From contig NW_026262667.1 in assembly GCF_021869535.1 (NCBI RefSeq), forward strand, positions 8,618,001 through 8,682,000: 64,000 nt of DNA, given 5' to 3'. This DNA comes from Mytilus californianus (taxonomy: Eukaryota). Made by a program: the position numbers and the translations under genes. The stretch's first letter is position 1. Each line of letters begins with the position of its first letter. Shown piece by piece: positions 11,011-23,894 of the stretch. The notes beneath the pieces are model-generated. The model did not search any database and was not told where the DNA came from. It was given only the letters and a program-made list of their open reading frames with translations.

Positions 11011-13519
11011 AAAAGACATGGGTAAATGTAAAACAATTACTGAACACAAGCATTTACTCCAGTTTTTATTTTTCTTTTCAAGCATGACTAAAGATGATCA
11101 CATCTAACAAGTTAAGATGAATATTTTCTTTTAAAAAGTCTCAATTATCAAATCTTATACATAATTTAAAGCTGTAAATTTTCACAATAAAATCTGATAT
11201 TCCTAATTAATACATTGTAATAATATGCACCTTAGAATGCAGACACAGTACTGTCTACATTATCTACAGTTTTTGTACACATAACAATTTTATTCAAGCA
11301 TTATCAGTATAGGAGTCAAAAGGAAAAAGTTTTTATTTATACAGAACAGCAGGTTATCAATAACAAACATTTCAAACAAAGAACAACCTATATAATACTC
11401 ATGTATCAAATGCTTTATTTATTATGCCTATTGCCCTTACATTTCTTTTTAATATAAACTTACAAGATGAATTACAAATCTCACAACTGGACTACAGATA
11501 TCATAAGATGTGACCCTTTTAAAATCCTTTGAATAAGGACCTGGCTGTTAATGTTTCCTAAAACAATGTTTGAATGTATTAAAGCACCCACGCCCCACGT
11601 ATATATCATACAAAGCAGCCATGTATAACCGTCACCAAATAGTACTGAAAAATCTTTACCAAACTTTCCATCATTTTTTTATATGACGAGAAGAACATTT
11701 AAACTATGGCAAGTATACAAATAAATCAAGTAGTAACATTTACATACTTACCCATACAGAATTTGAGGAATTTATGTTCAAGAGCTATATAAATGTACAT
11801 GGTGGAATATGGCAGTTGAAAATACATGCATAAATCCTGTAAACCTTTGTAAAATAAACCTAAAATAAACTGTCACCTATACAAAATAAAATTTTGCATC
11901 AAAATTGTGAAAATAGATTTTGAAATGAAAGAATTGCCATTTTAAATGTTGTTCCATAAACTCTAAAATGGTTAAGAGTCTGGATATATAAATGCCAAAA
12001 CGAAATCAAGTAAAATCAAATTTATAGATTTATACTAAAAGAAAGGAGACCTGATGTAATGTCAATGAGATAGCAACCTAACAACAAAAATAACCAAAAG
12101 ATATCTAGATGACAACATACAGTCTCTTACAACAGACAGGTGTCTATACAATATGTTAACCTTTAATAAGTCCCAAGTCTATAAAAGTTGTGTCTTTACA
12201 AAATGTTAACCTTTAATTAGTCCGAAGTCTATAAAAGTTGTGAAACAATCAAAAGATATACCATTAAATAATATATAATGCAGTTTTCTTTAACAATTTG
12301 TTTTCTATATTAATTCATTTATTTGTTACTGGTAAGATTTTCACCAGACAATGTACAAACGTCTTACAAAATTGTATTATTTTATCACTGGTCATTTTCC
12401 CCTTAAAATCTTTACTAGAGGGTTAACTTCTATTTCAATACACAAAATTTACAAGAATTAATACTAATTTACTAGACTTAAACAGACATTTTCAAGTGTC
12501 ACATTCTTTTATTATTAACAAAAATCAAGTCAATAGAACTTTTTTGAAACCTGGAATTTTTAAGTGTATTTATATGAATTACCACATGGCTCTACTGCTG
12601 GATCAAAAAGTTAAACTGAAAAATCATATTTCTGTTTCTAATAAATTCTGAGTCTTTTACATTTGGTAAATAACACAAAAATGTTTTAGGAATGTATTAC
12701 ACCTGAAGCCCTATTTACCTTTAATAAACTGTTGACACAGATATTTGTCTCTCTTATACTTAACTTTGATAGTAAAATGTAAATATTCAAATTAATTTGC
12801 AATACTAAAAAGAAAACTATGTAAAACATTCAGAGTCAATGAACTGTGACTGAAGGTTCAAGGCAAAATAATCTCCATGGAAATGAGATGTGACCTGTAC
12901 AGCTGCATACCAAGCATCCTTGACTAATTATAAGTGTTTCCTCTTAAACTGACCTAATCCCTAACTAATACATTGTCAATGACACATGCTCAAATAAAAA
13001 AAAAATGAAATTTTCAGAACAAAATTAAATTTAAACAAAATTCAGCAGTAGTAAGTTGAAACTTTTCTGATTCAAAAAGATAATGTTTATGTAATGCACA
13101 TGTATTTTCATTGATTTACTGTAAAATAAACACATAAATGATGAGTTGCAATTTGTACATAGCCTTAGAGTATATACTGTTTGACACAAGTGTATAAAAA
13201 AGAGGAATATTTGTCTGAAATTAAGGACTGATTTTATAATGTTATGAAATTATATATGATGGATGATTATCCCTTTATGGCACAAATATTTAACTGTTAA
13301 TATGATTACTGTACATAACACTGTCATGTGATATAAAACAATGGACTGGTATTAAGGCCAACCATCTAATCTAGCTACATGTAGCTAATACCATCTTGGA
13401 ATATCCATCAAGCCTTTGAAATGACAATAAAAAATTTGATTTGAATGTAGACTTTACAATGTAAATGATGATTTGTTTTAGAATACATGTGAACTGTTTG
13501 TGAAGAAACAGTCCTATAT

Positions 13520-13655
13520 CAACCACAACCTTGCAGCTGAGTAAGCGCACAGGGATACAGTCCAATATCAACCTCACCATGCAGCTGAGTGAGCTCACAG
13601 GGATACAGTCAGACAACAACCACAACCATGCAGCTGAATGAGCTCACAGGGATAA
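13520..13655. repeat. Three ~48-bp tandem units (catgcagctgagtgagctcacagggatacagtc) downstream of the PLAG-like stop
   Basis: Direct repeats visible at ~13530, 13578 and 13626. Confidence 0.75.
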
Positions 13656-14547
13656 ATAATTATTAGAATTACTTATATATGACATATATTATACCTTACA
13701 CCAAATACCATACATGTGTTTACCAATTTTCTTACAATGGAGATAATTTGACTTTATCCATAGCTACAAAAAACACCAATTCATTGTATCAAGTCGATAT
13801 TTCTCAAGTCATTTAACTAACATCAGGAGACTCCACCTTTACAACACTGAGATTAACCCAAGTTTGAACTTAAGAAATTTTGGTTTCAAAAAGTGATATA
13901 TTTTAAAATAGCTCCTGATAAAAATTAAAAATAGCAATGAAAACTTGCAAGGAAGTTGGTAACTCATGTATGATTTTAGTTAAAATATCTAATATTAATA
14001 AAATGAATAAATAATAATCATTTAACAGTAATACCCCATGAACTCTAGGAAAATATTCTTATTCAACATTGATAATGTCGTGACTTTTGTACGTAAAAAA
14101 ATAAAGGATTATTTTCTGTAGTTAACATGTTTTAAAGTGAAAATTTATTTTAAAAAATTCCTCCAACAAAACAGGTGGTTTTAAGGCACTAACAATTTTA
14201 GAAACAAAAAGCTTACTAAAATCGTTTTAAAATATTATAAAATGGAAACTGATGGCCTCATGATGTATTTATCTGTTAAAACATCTGAATACAAACAGAA
14301 TTTTAGTATAAAAGTTATATTTCATTGACTGACAGTTTCAGAGGAAAAAGAAAATTTCAGTAAAACAATCATGATAATCATAAGTGAAACTGCAAAAGTA
14401 AACGACTCTCTCTGATAACTTAAAATATAGGCAAACAAAACATAAACATAAAATTCTCCAACATTATGGAAAATCATAACCTTTAAATCAAGACATTTGA
14501 ATCTATTACATTATGAATCCTAGACATATATTCATACTGATAATTAT

Positions 14548-16577
14548 TTATGTCTGTGGTTGATAAGTATGTTGTTGTTGCTGTTGTTGCTGTTGCTGTT
14601 GAATAATCTGTTGTGACACAGGTATCTGTATACGTTTTTGCATTTCATTTTGATGGCTCATATTAAGTGGAGCATTGCCTGCATAAGCTGACGACTGGAT
14701 AGGAACCATAGTAGGGGGTCCACCTTCTATCTGAGCTATTACACCACCTTGTGCAGTGGTCGGTAGATTCTCTAAAAATCTTAAAGTCTCCATGTATCCT
14801 AATAATGTGGAAAATGTCTGAGACTGTTGTCTATTATCATTTGTCTGCACAACAGTTGGTCGATTGGTCTGGTCACGGTTCACTTGGTATTCAGCTGGTA
14901 TGACACCATTTGTTCTAATCATATCTAAATTAACATCTTTGTTTATAATTTGTTGTTGGGCAGGTTGCTGTTGGTTTGCCAGGTACATTGTGCCGTGTGT
15001 TTGCACCTGATGTTGTCGATACTCATTAGTTTGAGCATTTGGATCCATACCTTGCTGTTGATGACGTATGGCACCCCCACTAACATCTATGTATCTTTGA
15101 TCCGTTAACTGCATCTGCGATCCAATTGAAGTAACCTGCATACTTTGCATTTGAGCAGGTATATGTTGTTGCTGATGTATATTCTGCATATTTGACATAT
15201 TAATCACAGACTGAGCATTATTTTCATACAATTGAATAGGAACGGCTAATTCACGGCCGTCAGCTGTTTGCATGGTATGATAAATGCTGTTAATGTTTGG
15301 TTGTGATGTGACCAGCACTGTTGGATCTTCCCTCGGAATATTAAGAGCTTGAAACACTGCAGCACTAACTTTTTCATACTCCTTCAATTTTTCTTTCCTT
15401 TCTCCTCTAGGTGCTCTAGGAGGTTTGTTAGCATTGTCACCACTATGAGAGGATCTCAAATGACGAGTCAGGTGATCCTTGCGTCCAAATCTTTGTGGAC
15501 AGTATTGACATAAGAAGTCTTTTTTCTTTGTATGAGTAATCATGTGTCTTCTCACATCTTTCCTTGTATAAAACTTCTTTCCACATTCAGGGCAAGCATG
15601 TATTTTTTCTGTACAGTTTTTCACTGAACGGGCACCACTGTGTACTTTCAAATGATACAATAATTCTTCCCTAGTCTCATGCTGCTTGTGACAAATTCCA
15701 CACTCTGTCGACCTTCCTGCATCGGCATCGTGAAATGCCTTGTGAGTTCTGTAGGAAAAGTTGTAAGAATATTCCTTTCCACACTCTTCACACACCCATC
15801 TTTTCTTATTTGGATCATGAGTAATCATGTGATTTTTCAGGTGATCTTTACGATTGAATGACTTGTCACAATAAGGACACTTGTGATGACGGGGACAGGT
15901 ATGAATCAAACGATGTCTTTCTAATTTAAATTTGGACATAAATCCTTTAGAACATTCAGCTACTTCACAAATAAACGGTTTGACTCCAGTATGGTCAGAT
16001 ACATGTATTACAAACAATGCTTCTTTTGTAAATGTTTCTGTGCAATGGGGACATTGCATTGGTTCACGTCTAGATGCCCTAGGTCCACGAGGAATCCTTC
16101 CCTTTTTACGACCACGTCTACGTGGCATAGGTTCAGGATAATCTTCGTCTGCTCCCAATATTTCATCTAACATTTCTGTAGTTGTCTTCTCCTCATCTTC
16201 CTCATCGTCCATGACTTGTTCCATGTACGCTTTATCTTCTGGTTCCCCATCTAGAACCTGATCATCAGGTGTCTCCTCAACTTGTAGGGGTGGAGGAATA
16301 TCCAAGGCTGGTCTTTTATTTTTGGGAGGTCTCCCTCTCCTTCTTGGTGGAAGAGTCTGTGAAGGATCGACAACCTTAGCTTTTAACATTCTAGACTTCT
16401 CCAGTCTAGCTCTCCAAGTTTTGGATGGTTTGATATACTTTCTTGGCCTTCCTTTCCTGGGTCTGCCCCTTAATCTACGACTGTCAGGTGGAAGTCCTGG
16501 ACACAGGTGGGCTTCTAGATCAGCAAAAGCACTGAAACCATCATAGCAAACTGAGCACACCCACTTCGCAGCCACAC
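14548..16577 (-). CDS. PLAG1: PR/SET-PLAG zinc-finger gene, coding exon 6: C2HC-like finger, AT-hooks, seven PLAG-type C2H2 fingers, Q-rich C-terminus
   Basis: Acceptor ttgtattatag at 16579-16578, phase 1. Finger array ...KFKLERH...RKDHLKNH..THDPNK...FYTRKDVRRHM..H..KDFLCQYC.QRFGRKDHLTRH is the PLAG1/PLAGL2 signature. AT-hooks RGRPRK, GRPRK, RGRPPK. The symbol denotes a PLAG-family pro-ortholog. Confidence 0.93.
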
Positions 16578-17499
16578 CTATAATACAAAATTTTATTCTC
16601 TTAACAAAGATAACAAATTTTACAACAATACTTATATCTTATACATTTTAAATTACTGGTAGTATACTTGTGATTAACTTAACTGTGGTCTATATCTACA
16701 ATGTAAATGGAACAAGGAGAGCTTTCCATATATGCAACAATTGGAGTTCATCCATTTTAAAGTATGTCTCTCGAGGTTTAATCTTCATTCTTATTCAAAT
16801 TCATGTACATGTAAAATTTTGACAAACGCAGTCTTTAAATGATAAAGTTAAGATATACCAGTTAAATGAATTAAAGACCAAAACTTTAAGACATGATTCA
16901 TATAGTGGAATAACAATAATCAGAGTCTTATCTACGAAGTTCACATGATAATATTGCCAAGTGTTTTTTTTTAATTTACTAAGGAAGTATAAATATTCAT
17001 GATTTTTTTCTGTGGGTCTTTTAATTTTGTTCGCATATAACTATATATCCAAGTTAGGTTGCAATGCCAAATTTAGTCTTTGATTTAACATCTGGCAACC
17101 ACTTTTCTACACAAATGTAAGTCTATTTCCAGTCACTTTTTGTCATTGACCTTTGATGTGGTGACCTCAAAATCAATAGGAAATTTCATCTCATTATATG
17201 TGACCACATGTCCAAGTAAACTTAAAATCCCATCTGTAGAAATTGATTTTGCACCCAGAAACCACTTGTCATTTCAGTCTTATTTTTTAGTTACTATGAC
17301 ATTGACATTGAAAAGTGTCCACAAAATCAATATGTATCTTCCACTCATTATATGTGACCATATATCCAAGTAAGACTGCAATCCCATTTGTAGTATTTGA
17401 TTAATGGTTGTAATCTGATATAAAGTATTGGATTTAGGGTCCTGAAACAAAATCAACTGGCAAACTGATGAACAGTAATTCTCTATGGTTGTCATTTGT

Positions 17500-17712
17500 T
17501 GCTGTAAATCATATTTGTTTTGTACATAAAGCAGACTGTTTTCTCGTTTGAATTGTTTTACATTGGTCATTTCGGGGCCTTTTATAGCGGACTATGCCGT
17601 ATAGGTTTTGTACATTCTTGAAGGCTCTATGGTGACCAAAAGTTGTTAACTTCTGTGTCATTTGGTCTCTGGTGGAGAGTTGTCTCATTGGCAATCATAC
17701 CACATCTTCTTA
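17500..17712 (-). mobile_element. Abundant interspersed repeat (retroelement 3'-tail family; related copies at ~21730-21985, 34040-34170, 38640-38828, 42650-43060, 52843-53235, 56380-56690)
   Basis: Shared motif aagatgtggtatg(a)ttgccaatgagacaactctcca...ctataggtca...gccttcaaca...gctataaaaggcccc in all copies, either orientation. Confidence 0.7.
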
Positions 17713-17798
17713 TTTTCATATAGACTTAAGGACTGGTGGACGGATCAAAAACTATATACCCAGCACTACTAACTACGAAGAGATTACTATTGACTCAC

Positions 17799-17922
17799 CT
17801 GTTGCTTCTTGATCAGGTGTCTCTGTAATGATAGGTTCTGGATCAGGCAGAAGTGGTTTGTCCATCATCTCAGCATACTCAGCAGAATACCAAACTTTTA
17901 TCTCAGTGTTAGAAGGAATTGG
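17799..17922 (-). CDS. PLAG1: PR/SET-PLAG gene, coding exon 5 (end of PR domain)
   Basis: cacag|CCA...ACAG|gtgagt, 124 nt, phase 0->1. PIPSNTEIKVWYSAEYAEMMDKPLL resembles PRDM15 ELRVWYAAFYAKKMDKPML. Confidence 0.9.
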
Positions 17923-18187
17923 CTGTGTCAAAGAAGAATTAAATATTCATTACTTAAAATACTGAAATGTAATTTCACCTATCTTTTCTATCCAAGAGAA
18001 ATATTCCCAAAGGTTCAACTATAAATCTTATTACTTGTGTCCTGGAACATCATAACATATAGTTTTTTTTTAAATTTCAATTTGTTAAACACCTGTGTAT
18101 GGAAAAGACACTTGAATAAAATGAATTTTAAATCTGTGAATGGCCATAGTTCTGTTTAAATTGTTAAATATAGATTCTAGCACTGCA

Positions 18188-19014
18188 CAGGGTTTCTGCT
18201 GGCAGTCGCCATTTTTGCATTTTTCAGAAAAAATTAAATTGTGGCAATTAAAAATCATGATTGGCGAAATAATTTCATGAAAGAAATATAATGTTCGACT
18301 TCGTCCATCTTCTTAATTTTGTTTCAGGTTTCTCTGACTTTTTCCCTAATCAGACAATTCTCAGATTTCACCTCGAACTTGAATCGATTTTGTCAGAAAA
18401 TCAATAATCAGCTGATTGCATTTGATAGCAATCAGAAACAATGGCCTTGTTAATAAAGGTGTTAATTTTATTGTTTAATGAAAATGTGTGATATATTGGC
18501 GTCACATGTCACCTGAAGGAGTGTTTTTACAACTTTGATAACAATGACCATTTTGAGGTGGGTACTTCACCATTGTTTTAGCGGCGCACCTGTTTTACAT
18601 CTCAACTTTTACTTTTTACGATGGTTCGGAAGTGAAAATAACTGTTTTAAAGAAAGTGTTCAAAAGTAACACAAATCTCTAATTTTATTTGTTGTCCTTT
18701 AACTAGACAGGAAGTACCCAATAAACTGATTGAAGATAAATCTCGAAGTCAAATTTTACAGTATCTTTTTTAAGTTCAAGAAAATTTTGTCCTGATTGAG
18801 TGTTCATTTATTACAATGTGGGATATATAAAAGATTTGTAGAATTACAATAAATGAGACAACTGTACAATGCTGCAATCTGCATTTTTGGTTAGAAATAA
18901 GGAAAACAATTTCGAATTAAAAAAATACTGTGTTTGTCAATGTGAGTTGGCGAAAAAAATATTGTTTTGGCGAAAGAGCTGGTGAAAAAAGAAATTGACC
19001 CAGGGGAAACCCTG
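18188..19014. mobile_element. hAT-like MITE
   Basis: TIRs CAGGGTTTC(T/C)(G/C)CTGG at 18188 and, inverted, ending 19014. Flanks cactgca / ctctgca form an imperfect TSD. Confidence 0.55.
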
Positions 19015-20214
19015 CTCTGCATCAATATGGGAGAGTTGCTGGAGTTTTTTGGTGTGCACAAAGTTTTTACACAGAGTTTGGAGCAAGGATCCGGAATTTT
19101 TTTCACACAATTTCGGTCATTTTGAGATGACTTATAAGTTGGTGCCCTTTTTCAAATTGTCGATATCACATTAGAATCATAGCATCAATGAACTTATATG
19201 ACTGTTTCATCGCATTTACTTCGTGAATTTTCTTACCATTTTTCTAAACACGTTCAAGAACAGTTTAGGGAAGGCAACAGTTTAAAATTGAAATGATTTT
19301 AATGACTCAAAATAGTTAATTTCTCAGACATTGCTAACGTTTCTTTCGATTTTGAAGACGAAATTAAAACCGGAAGTTTTGCGACAATACTCAAGTATGA
19401 GTAATTCGGGATTCATTTCCGGGATTCGTTTTGTTTATCAAATTGACAGGAAATCACCAGCTTTTTAATTTTATGACCTTTGAAAGTGTTTGTATACAAC
19501 AGAATGATAAAAGTTGCACTCGATTATTTAGCATGAACTTATTTTGCATTTTACTATTAAGTGTCAAATCTGCTGAAGACAATTTCACACATGCGTATTT
19601 CATAGTAAATAAAGCACATGTGTTACTTGTGAAAAATTACTTTTTTCTCCGTAAATTAAATTAAGGTTCAATTGTAAATCAGAATTATTGATTGTCTTTG
19701 CTGAAAAGTAATTAAGTAATGAATACTTAAAGGAATTTTAATTTCTTTATGATATTAGTTCAGAGCTTGTGATCAATGTCAGGTGTGAATTAAAAACACA
19801 GGTAAAAAGTGATTAGCGATCATTAGCCAATATTTCCCGGAGGCATTTATATAGTTATTAGGAGGGCCCTCAGGATTATCGAACTATACTAGAGTGGCAG
19901 TTTTATTACAGGAAAGGGATTATAAAACAAAAACAAGTGCAAAATGGAGATTAAGAAACCCGATCTCAATGAAATGACCGAAATTATTTCTGTAAAAAAA
20001 TTAAATTTGTCCTAAATTCCAATTTTTCGATTCGGACAAATAGCTTTCAGTTCAGGTCATGACTGGCAAATATGACCGTTTCCGGACCTTTGGTTTGGAG
20101 TATGAGAATCAGAACTCTCCGTGTGTAGTGTAAGCTCACAAGGTCCATCAGGGCCAGGTGAACTAAAAAATATTTCAGTATATGATTTCAGTAACAAATA
20201 TTGCATGTACCAAC

Positions 20215-20367
20215 CTTTATAGATACAAAGAAAATATGCTGGTCTTGTTGATAGACAACAACATTTTGTTCGGCTGTATTTCTGGCCGGTCTAACAAACA
20301 TCATCCAGTTACATTTATCTTCATCAGAGATATCAATATTATCAACATAGTCGTCATCCTTAAATAT
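20215..20367 (-). CDS. PLAG1: PR/SET-PLAG gene, coding exon 4 (PR core)
   Basis: ttccttgcag|ATA...AAG|gttggt, 153 nt, phase 0->0. [51 protein letters not shown] contains the PRDM10/15-type NWMMFVRPA motif. Confidence 0.9.
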
Positions 20368-20600
20368 CTGCAAGGAAAAAGAGATACCAATATTATCAAC
20401 ATAGTCGTCATCCTTAAAAATATCTGTAAGGAAAAAGAGATATCAATATTATCAACATAGTTGTCATCCTTAAAAATATCTGTAAGGAAAAAGAGATATC
20501 AATATTATCAACATAGTCATCATCCTTAAATATCTGCAATTCAAAGATATCAATATTATCAACATAGTAATCTCCCTTAAATATCTGCAATTAAAAAAAT
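20368..20600 (-). repeat. Tandem array of splice acceptor + first ~40 nt of the PR exon (4 extra copies: 51, 54, 56, 56 bp)
   Basis: CAG|ATATTT(TT)AAGG...TATGTTGATAATATTG(A/G)TATC recurs with exon-like starts at 20584, 20533, 20479, 20423 and 20367. Confidence 0.9.
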
Positions 20601-21436
20601 AAACTGTTAACACAGAGATATGTCTCGCCTTTTTGTAATTTTGATAATGCAAATGTTGAAATTAAAATAGCAATACTTTAACATGTACATTGTAAGTTAT
20701 CCAAATATTCAAAGTCAATGAACCTTGACTGAAGGTACATGGCTAAACAATCTCCATGAAAATGAGATGTGCCAATGCTAATAAAACTGCATACCAAATA
20801 CCATTGACTTATCATAAGTCATTCCCTTTAAACAAACCTAAACACAAACATTAACTTATAAGCTATGTCATTGTATGTAAAAGTTTCAAAGTCAATGAAC
20901 CATGATGAGGGGGTGGGGCTATATAATCTCCATGGAAACGAGAATTGCAAATGCCAATAAATTTGCATACTAAATATCATTGACTTTTAACATTAGCGGT
21001 TCATCTTAAACTGATCTAATCACAAACTTATACATAAACTAAGCAAAAGTTTCAAAGTCAATAGACCATGACTGAGGGGCGGGCCTAATATTCTCCATGG
21101 AAATGAGATGTGCTAATTATTATACAACTGCATACCAATTAACATTGGCCTACCACTAATGGCTCCCCTTGAACTGACCTAATCACAAACTAATACATGT
21201 AAACTAAGCAAACCTTTCAAAGTCATTAGTCCATGACTGAGGGGGTGGGGCCAAATAATCTCCATGGATATGAGATGTGCCAATGCTAATACAACTGAAT
21301 ACCTAATATCATTGACCAACCACTAATGGTTCACCATAAACTAGACCTAATCACAAACTAATACATTGTTGACGCTGCCGCCAGAAACAGCATACCTATG
21401 TCTCGCTTTTTGACTCCGTCAAGGAGAGACAAAAAT
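20598..21436 (+). mobile_element. Helentron/HINE-like element with four ~167-bp units and 3' hairpin
   Basis: tgtctcgc near both ends. 3' hairpin tgtctc-gcttt-ttgac-tcc-gtcaa-gga-gagaca (21399-21431) followed by an A-run. Same subfamily as 7123-8065. Confidence 0.8.
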
Positions 21437-22426
21437 GGTTTTAATTTAAACTGTGAAATTGAATTGATATCAACAGCATTTACAAAACCTTTATCCTTAT
21501 AAAATACCTGCATGAAATAAATTATACTTGTTAATGAAATTAACACTTTATAAAACATGTGCATCTGAATCAGGAACGCTCAAACTCGAACATTTGAAAG
21601 CCAAAGATATGAAAATATGCTGCAACCATGAGCTATATGACCAAAAAGAATTCATGTGTTTGGATGGTGAAACTTGTTGTTTCAAACAAACCATCACTAC
21701 AATTTAGGCTGTAATTGATCATGAGTGATTGTCGTTTGCTGCTGTTTAACATATTATTTTTTTTGTTTATTGTTTTGTACATAAATCAGGCTGTTAGTTT
21801 TCTTGTTTGAAATATTTTACATAAATTTGTCATTTCGAGCCTTTTATACATGTAGTGTGTGTGGTATGGGTTTTGCTCATTCTTGAAGGCTGTATGGTGA
21901 CCTATAGTTGCTTACTTCTACACCATTTGGTCTCTGGTGGAGAGTTGTCTCATTGGCAATCATACAACATCATCTTATTTTAAATGCAATCCTGAACCAA
22001 GTCACCTCTGAGTTTAATGTTATAAATGTTTGTTGTTTGTTGCTATTTACCTTTGCTACTCATTGACTATGAAGAACATATTACTGATGATGAAAAACAA
22101 TTCATTTATATTGGACATATTTTAAGGCATGGCCATCTTAAAAGATCAAAAGATTGAAGTTTTGTGTCATGATTTTGAAATATTTTAAACTATTGCAATC
22201 ATTTACCGTATATACATGTATTGTAGTTATTTTTTTTATCTTTTAAGTCTGTTATAACAATATTATATGGTTGTGTACATAAATTTGTAGAAGCAAACAC
22301 AATTTCAATATAAAACTAAAAACAAAAGAGAATGTAAGCACCATTGTTTCAACAACTTGAACCCAGTTGACAAAATGAATATGCATAAATATTAATGTAC
22401 ACAAAATGTAAGTTTTAAAAGCAAAC

Positions 22427-23463
22427 CTTAATCTCGTAGGTATAATCTAGTTCTTTTTCTTCTGTTTCCTTTTCCTTTCCCCCTGTCTGTTCTGTAACTT
22501 CTGTGGCATGAGGTTCATCAGTGGTGTTTTGCGGCCGCTGGTCTGATTCACTGGTAAGTTCTGTAGGCAAAGGTTCAGTTGAGGCAAGAACAGCATTTTG
22601 CTGTAATGACTCAGTAGTATTATGCTGCATGTGTTCAGTTGAAGGCAAAGTAGTATTTTCCAGTGAAGAAAGAGACATACTACTTGGTGGTAAGGGTTGT
22701 TGATCAGAAGTCATGTTCTGAAGTTCCTGTGTGGCTACAGCTATTTGATGCTCTAAAAGCTGTGTTTCTGTTAATCCTTCACTAACATAACTATCTGCTG
22801 GTGTTATACCAGCCTCAATTGAAGCTTGCAGAGTTAGGTCTTGTGACAATTGTGGTTGTTCAAACTGACTGACAGCTGTATCCCCAGACAATGTTGTCAC
22901 TATATCTAATGCCTGCTGTGGAGTATAGCCACCAGATAAATGTTGTAGCCCTGCATCACCGTAAGGACCAGCATGTAAACAGTTCTGGATGTTCATTATC
23001 TGTGTAGCCTTGTCAATGTTCGGGTGTTGTAATGTAAAAGTATTGTTGTTCTGTTGTGTATATTGCTGAGATACTAACTGTTGTTGCATATTAGCAGTAT
23101 CAAACCCATCAATGTTCTGTAACAGTAAATGTCCTTCGTCATTGTGTGGGATCATTTCAGAACTGTTAATATGTTGTTGTTGTTGCTGGGTTTCAATGCT
23201 TAATTGTCTTTGAATGTCAGCTTCTTGTTGCTGAGAATTTTGAGGAATATTTTGTGAAATTTGGTTAGTTATTTCAGGCTCAATAAGTTGAACACTAGGT
23301 GTTCTTTCCTCAGTGGTTTCCTTAGAAATTGGTGATTTTTCATCTCTACTAACATCTGTTGTGTCTTTCTTTGGAGTATATTTTTCTGTTGATTTAACTT
23401 GTCCATATAGAGGTCCAAACTGTGATCTGCATTGTATTATTCTTTTAGCAAAGATACCATAAG
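22427..23463 (-). CDS. PLAG1: PR/SET-PLAG gene, coding exon 3 (PR N-terminal half + ~315-aa Q/T/S/E-rich insert + YTYEIK)
   Basis: tttgtttttcag|CT TAT GGT...ATT AAG|gtttgc, 1037 nt, phase 1->0. YGIFAKRIIQCRSQFGPLYG is the PR/SET start motif (GVFA...FGP). Confidence 0.88.
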
Positions 23464-23894
23464 CTGAAAAACAAAAGTATTGAAATGCAAAATAAATCAA
23501 AACTAATGTTCAGAGTGTTGATCAATATGTATCAATGCAGTCAGATCTATGTATGAACTGGTCTATTTACCAGATATTCTCTGTATTTGTAACACAAACC
23601 ACAAACAATTTACAGAACTAATTATCAAACAGTGACCTGTAGTTGCTAGCATCTACATTGTTTGGTCTCTGGTAGACAGATCTTGTCTCACTGGCAATCC
23701 TACCACAACATTTATATAATTAATTTTTATAAAGATGACAAATGTATTTATTTCCAGTTGGTTCCTAGTTACTGCACACCTACAGTGAAATCATTCAATA
23801 TTAGACAAAATCTTAACTTAATATTGTTAATAATTTAACAGTTAACATACTTTTTGGTGTATCTTTTCATACACAATTACAATGATATACTCAC

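Noticed and set aside
15679-16546. Plus-strand ORFs 15679, 15932 and 16322
   Set aside because: Antisense to the PLAG-like exon; no independent evidence.
19040-20130. Possible inverted-repeat element (tttcggtcatttt...gagat at ~19110 / atctc...aaatgaccgaaa at ~19962)
   Set aside because: Only a short imperfect match; ends and TSD not definable.
22415-23500. ORF track 361-aa protein as a stand-alone gene
   Set aside because: Its first ~12 and last 3 codons are intronic read-through; the real exon is 23463-22427 within the PR-PLAG gene.
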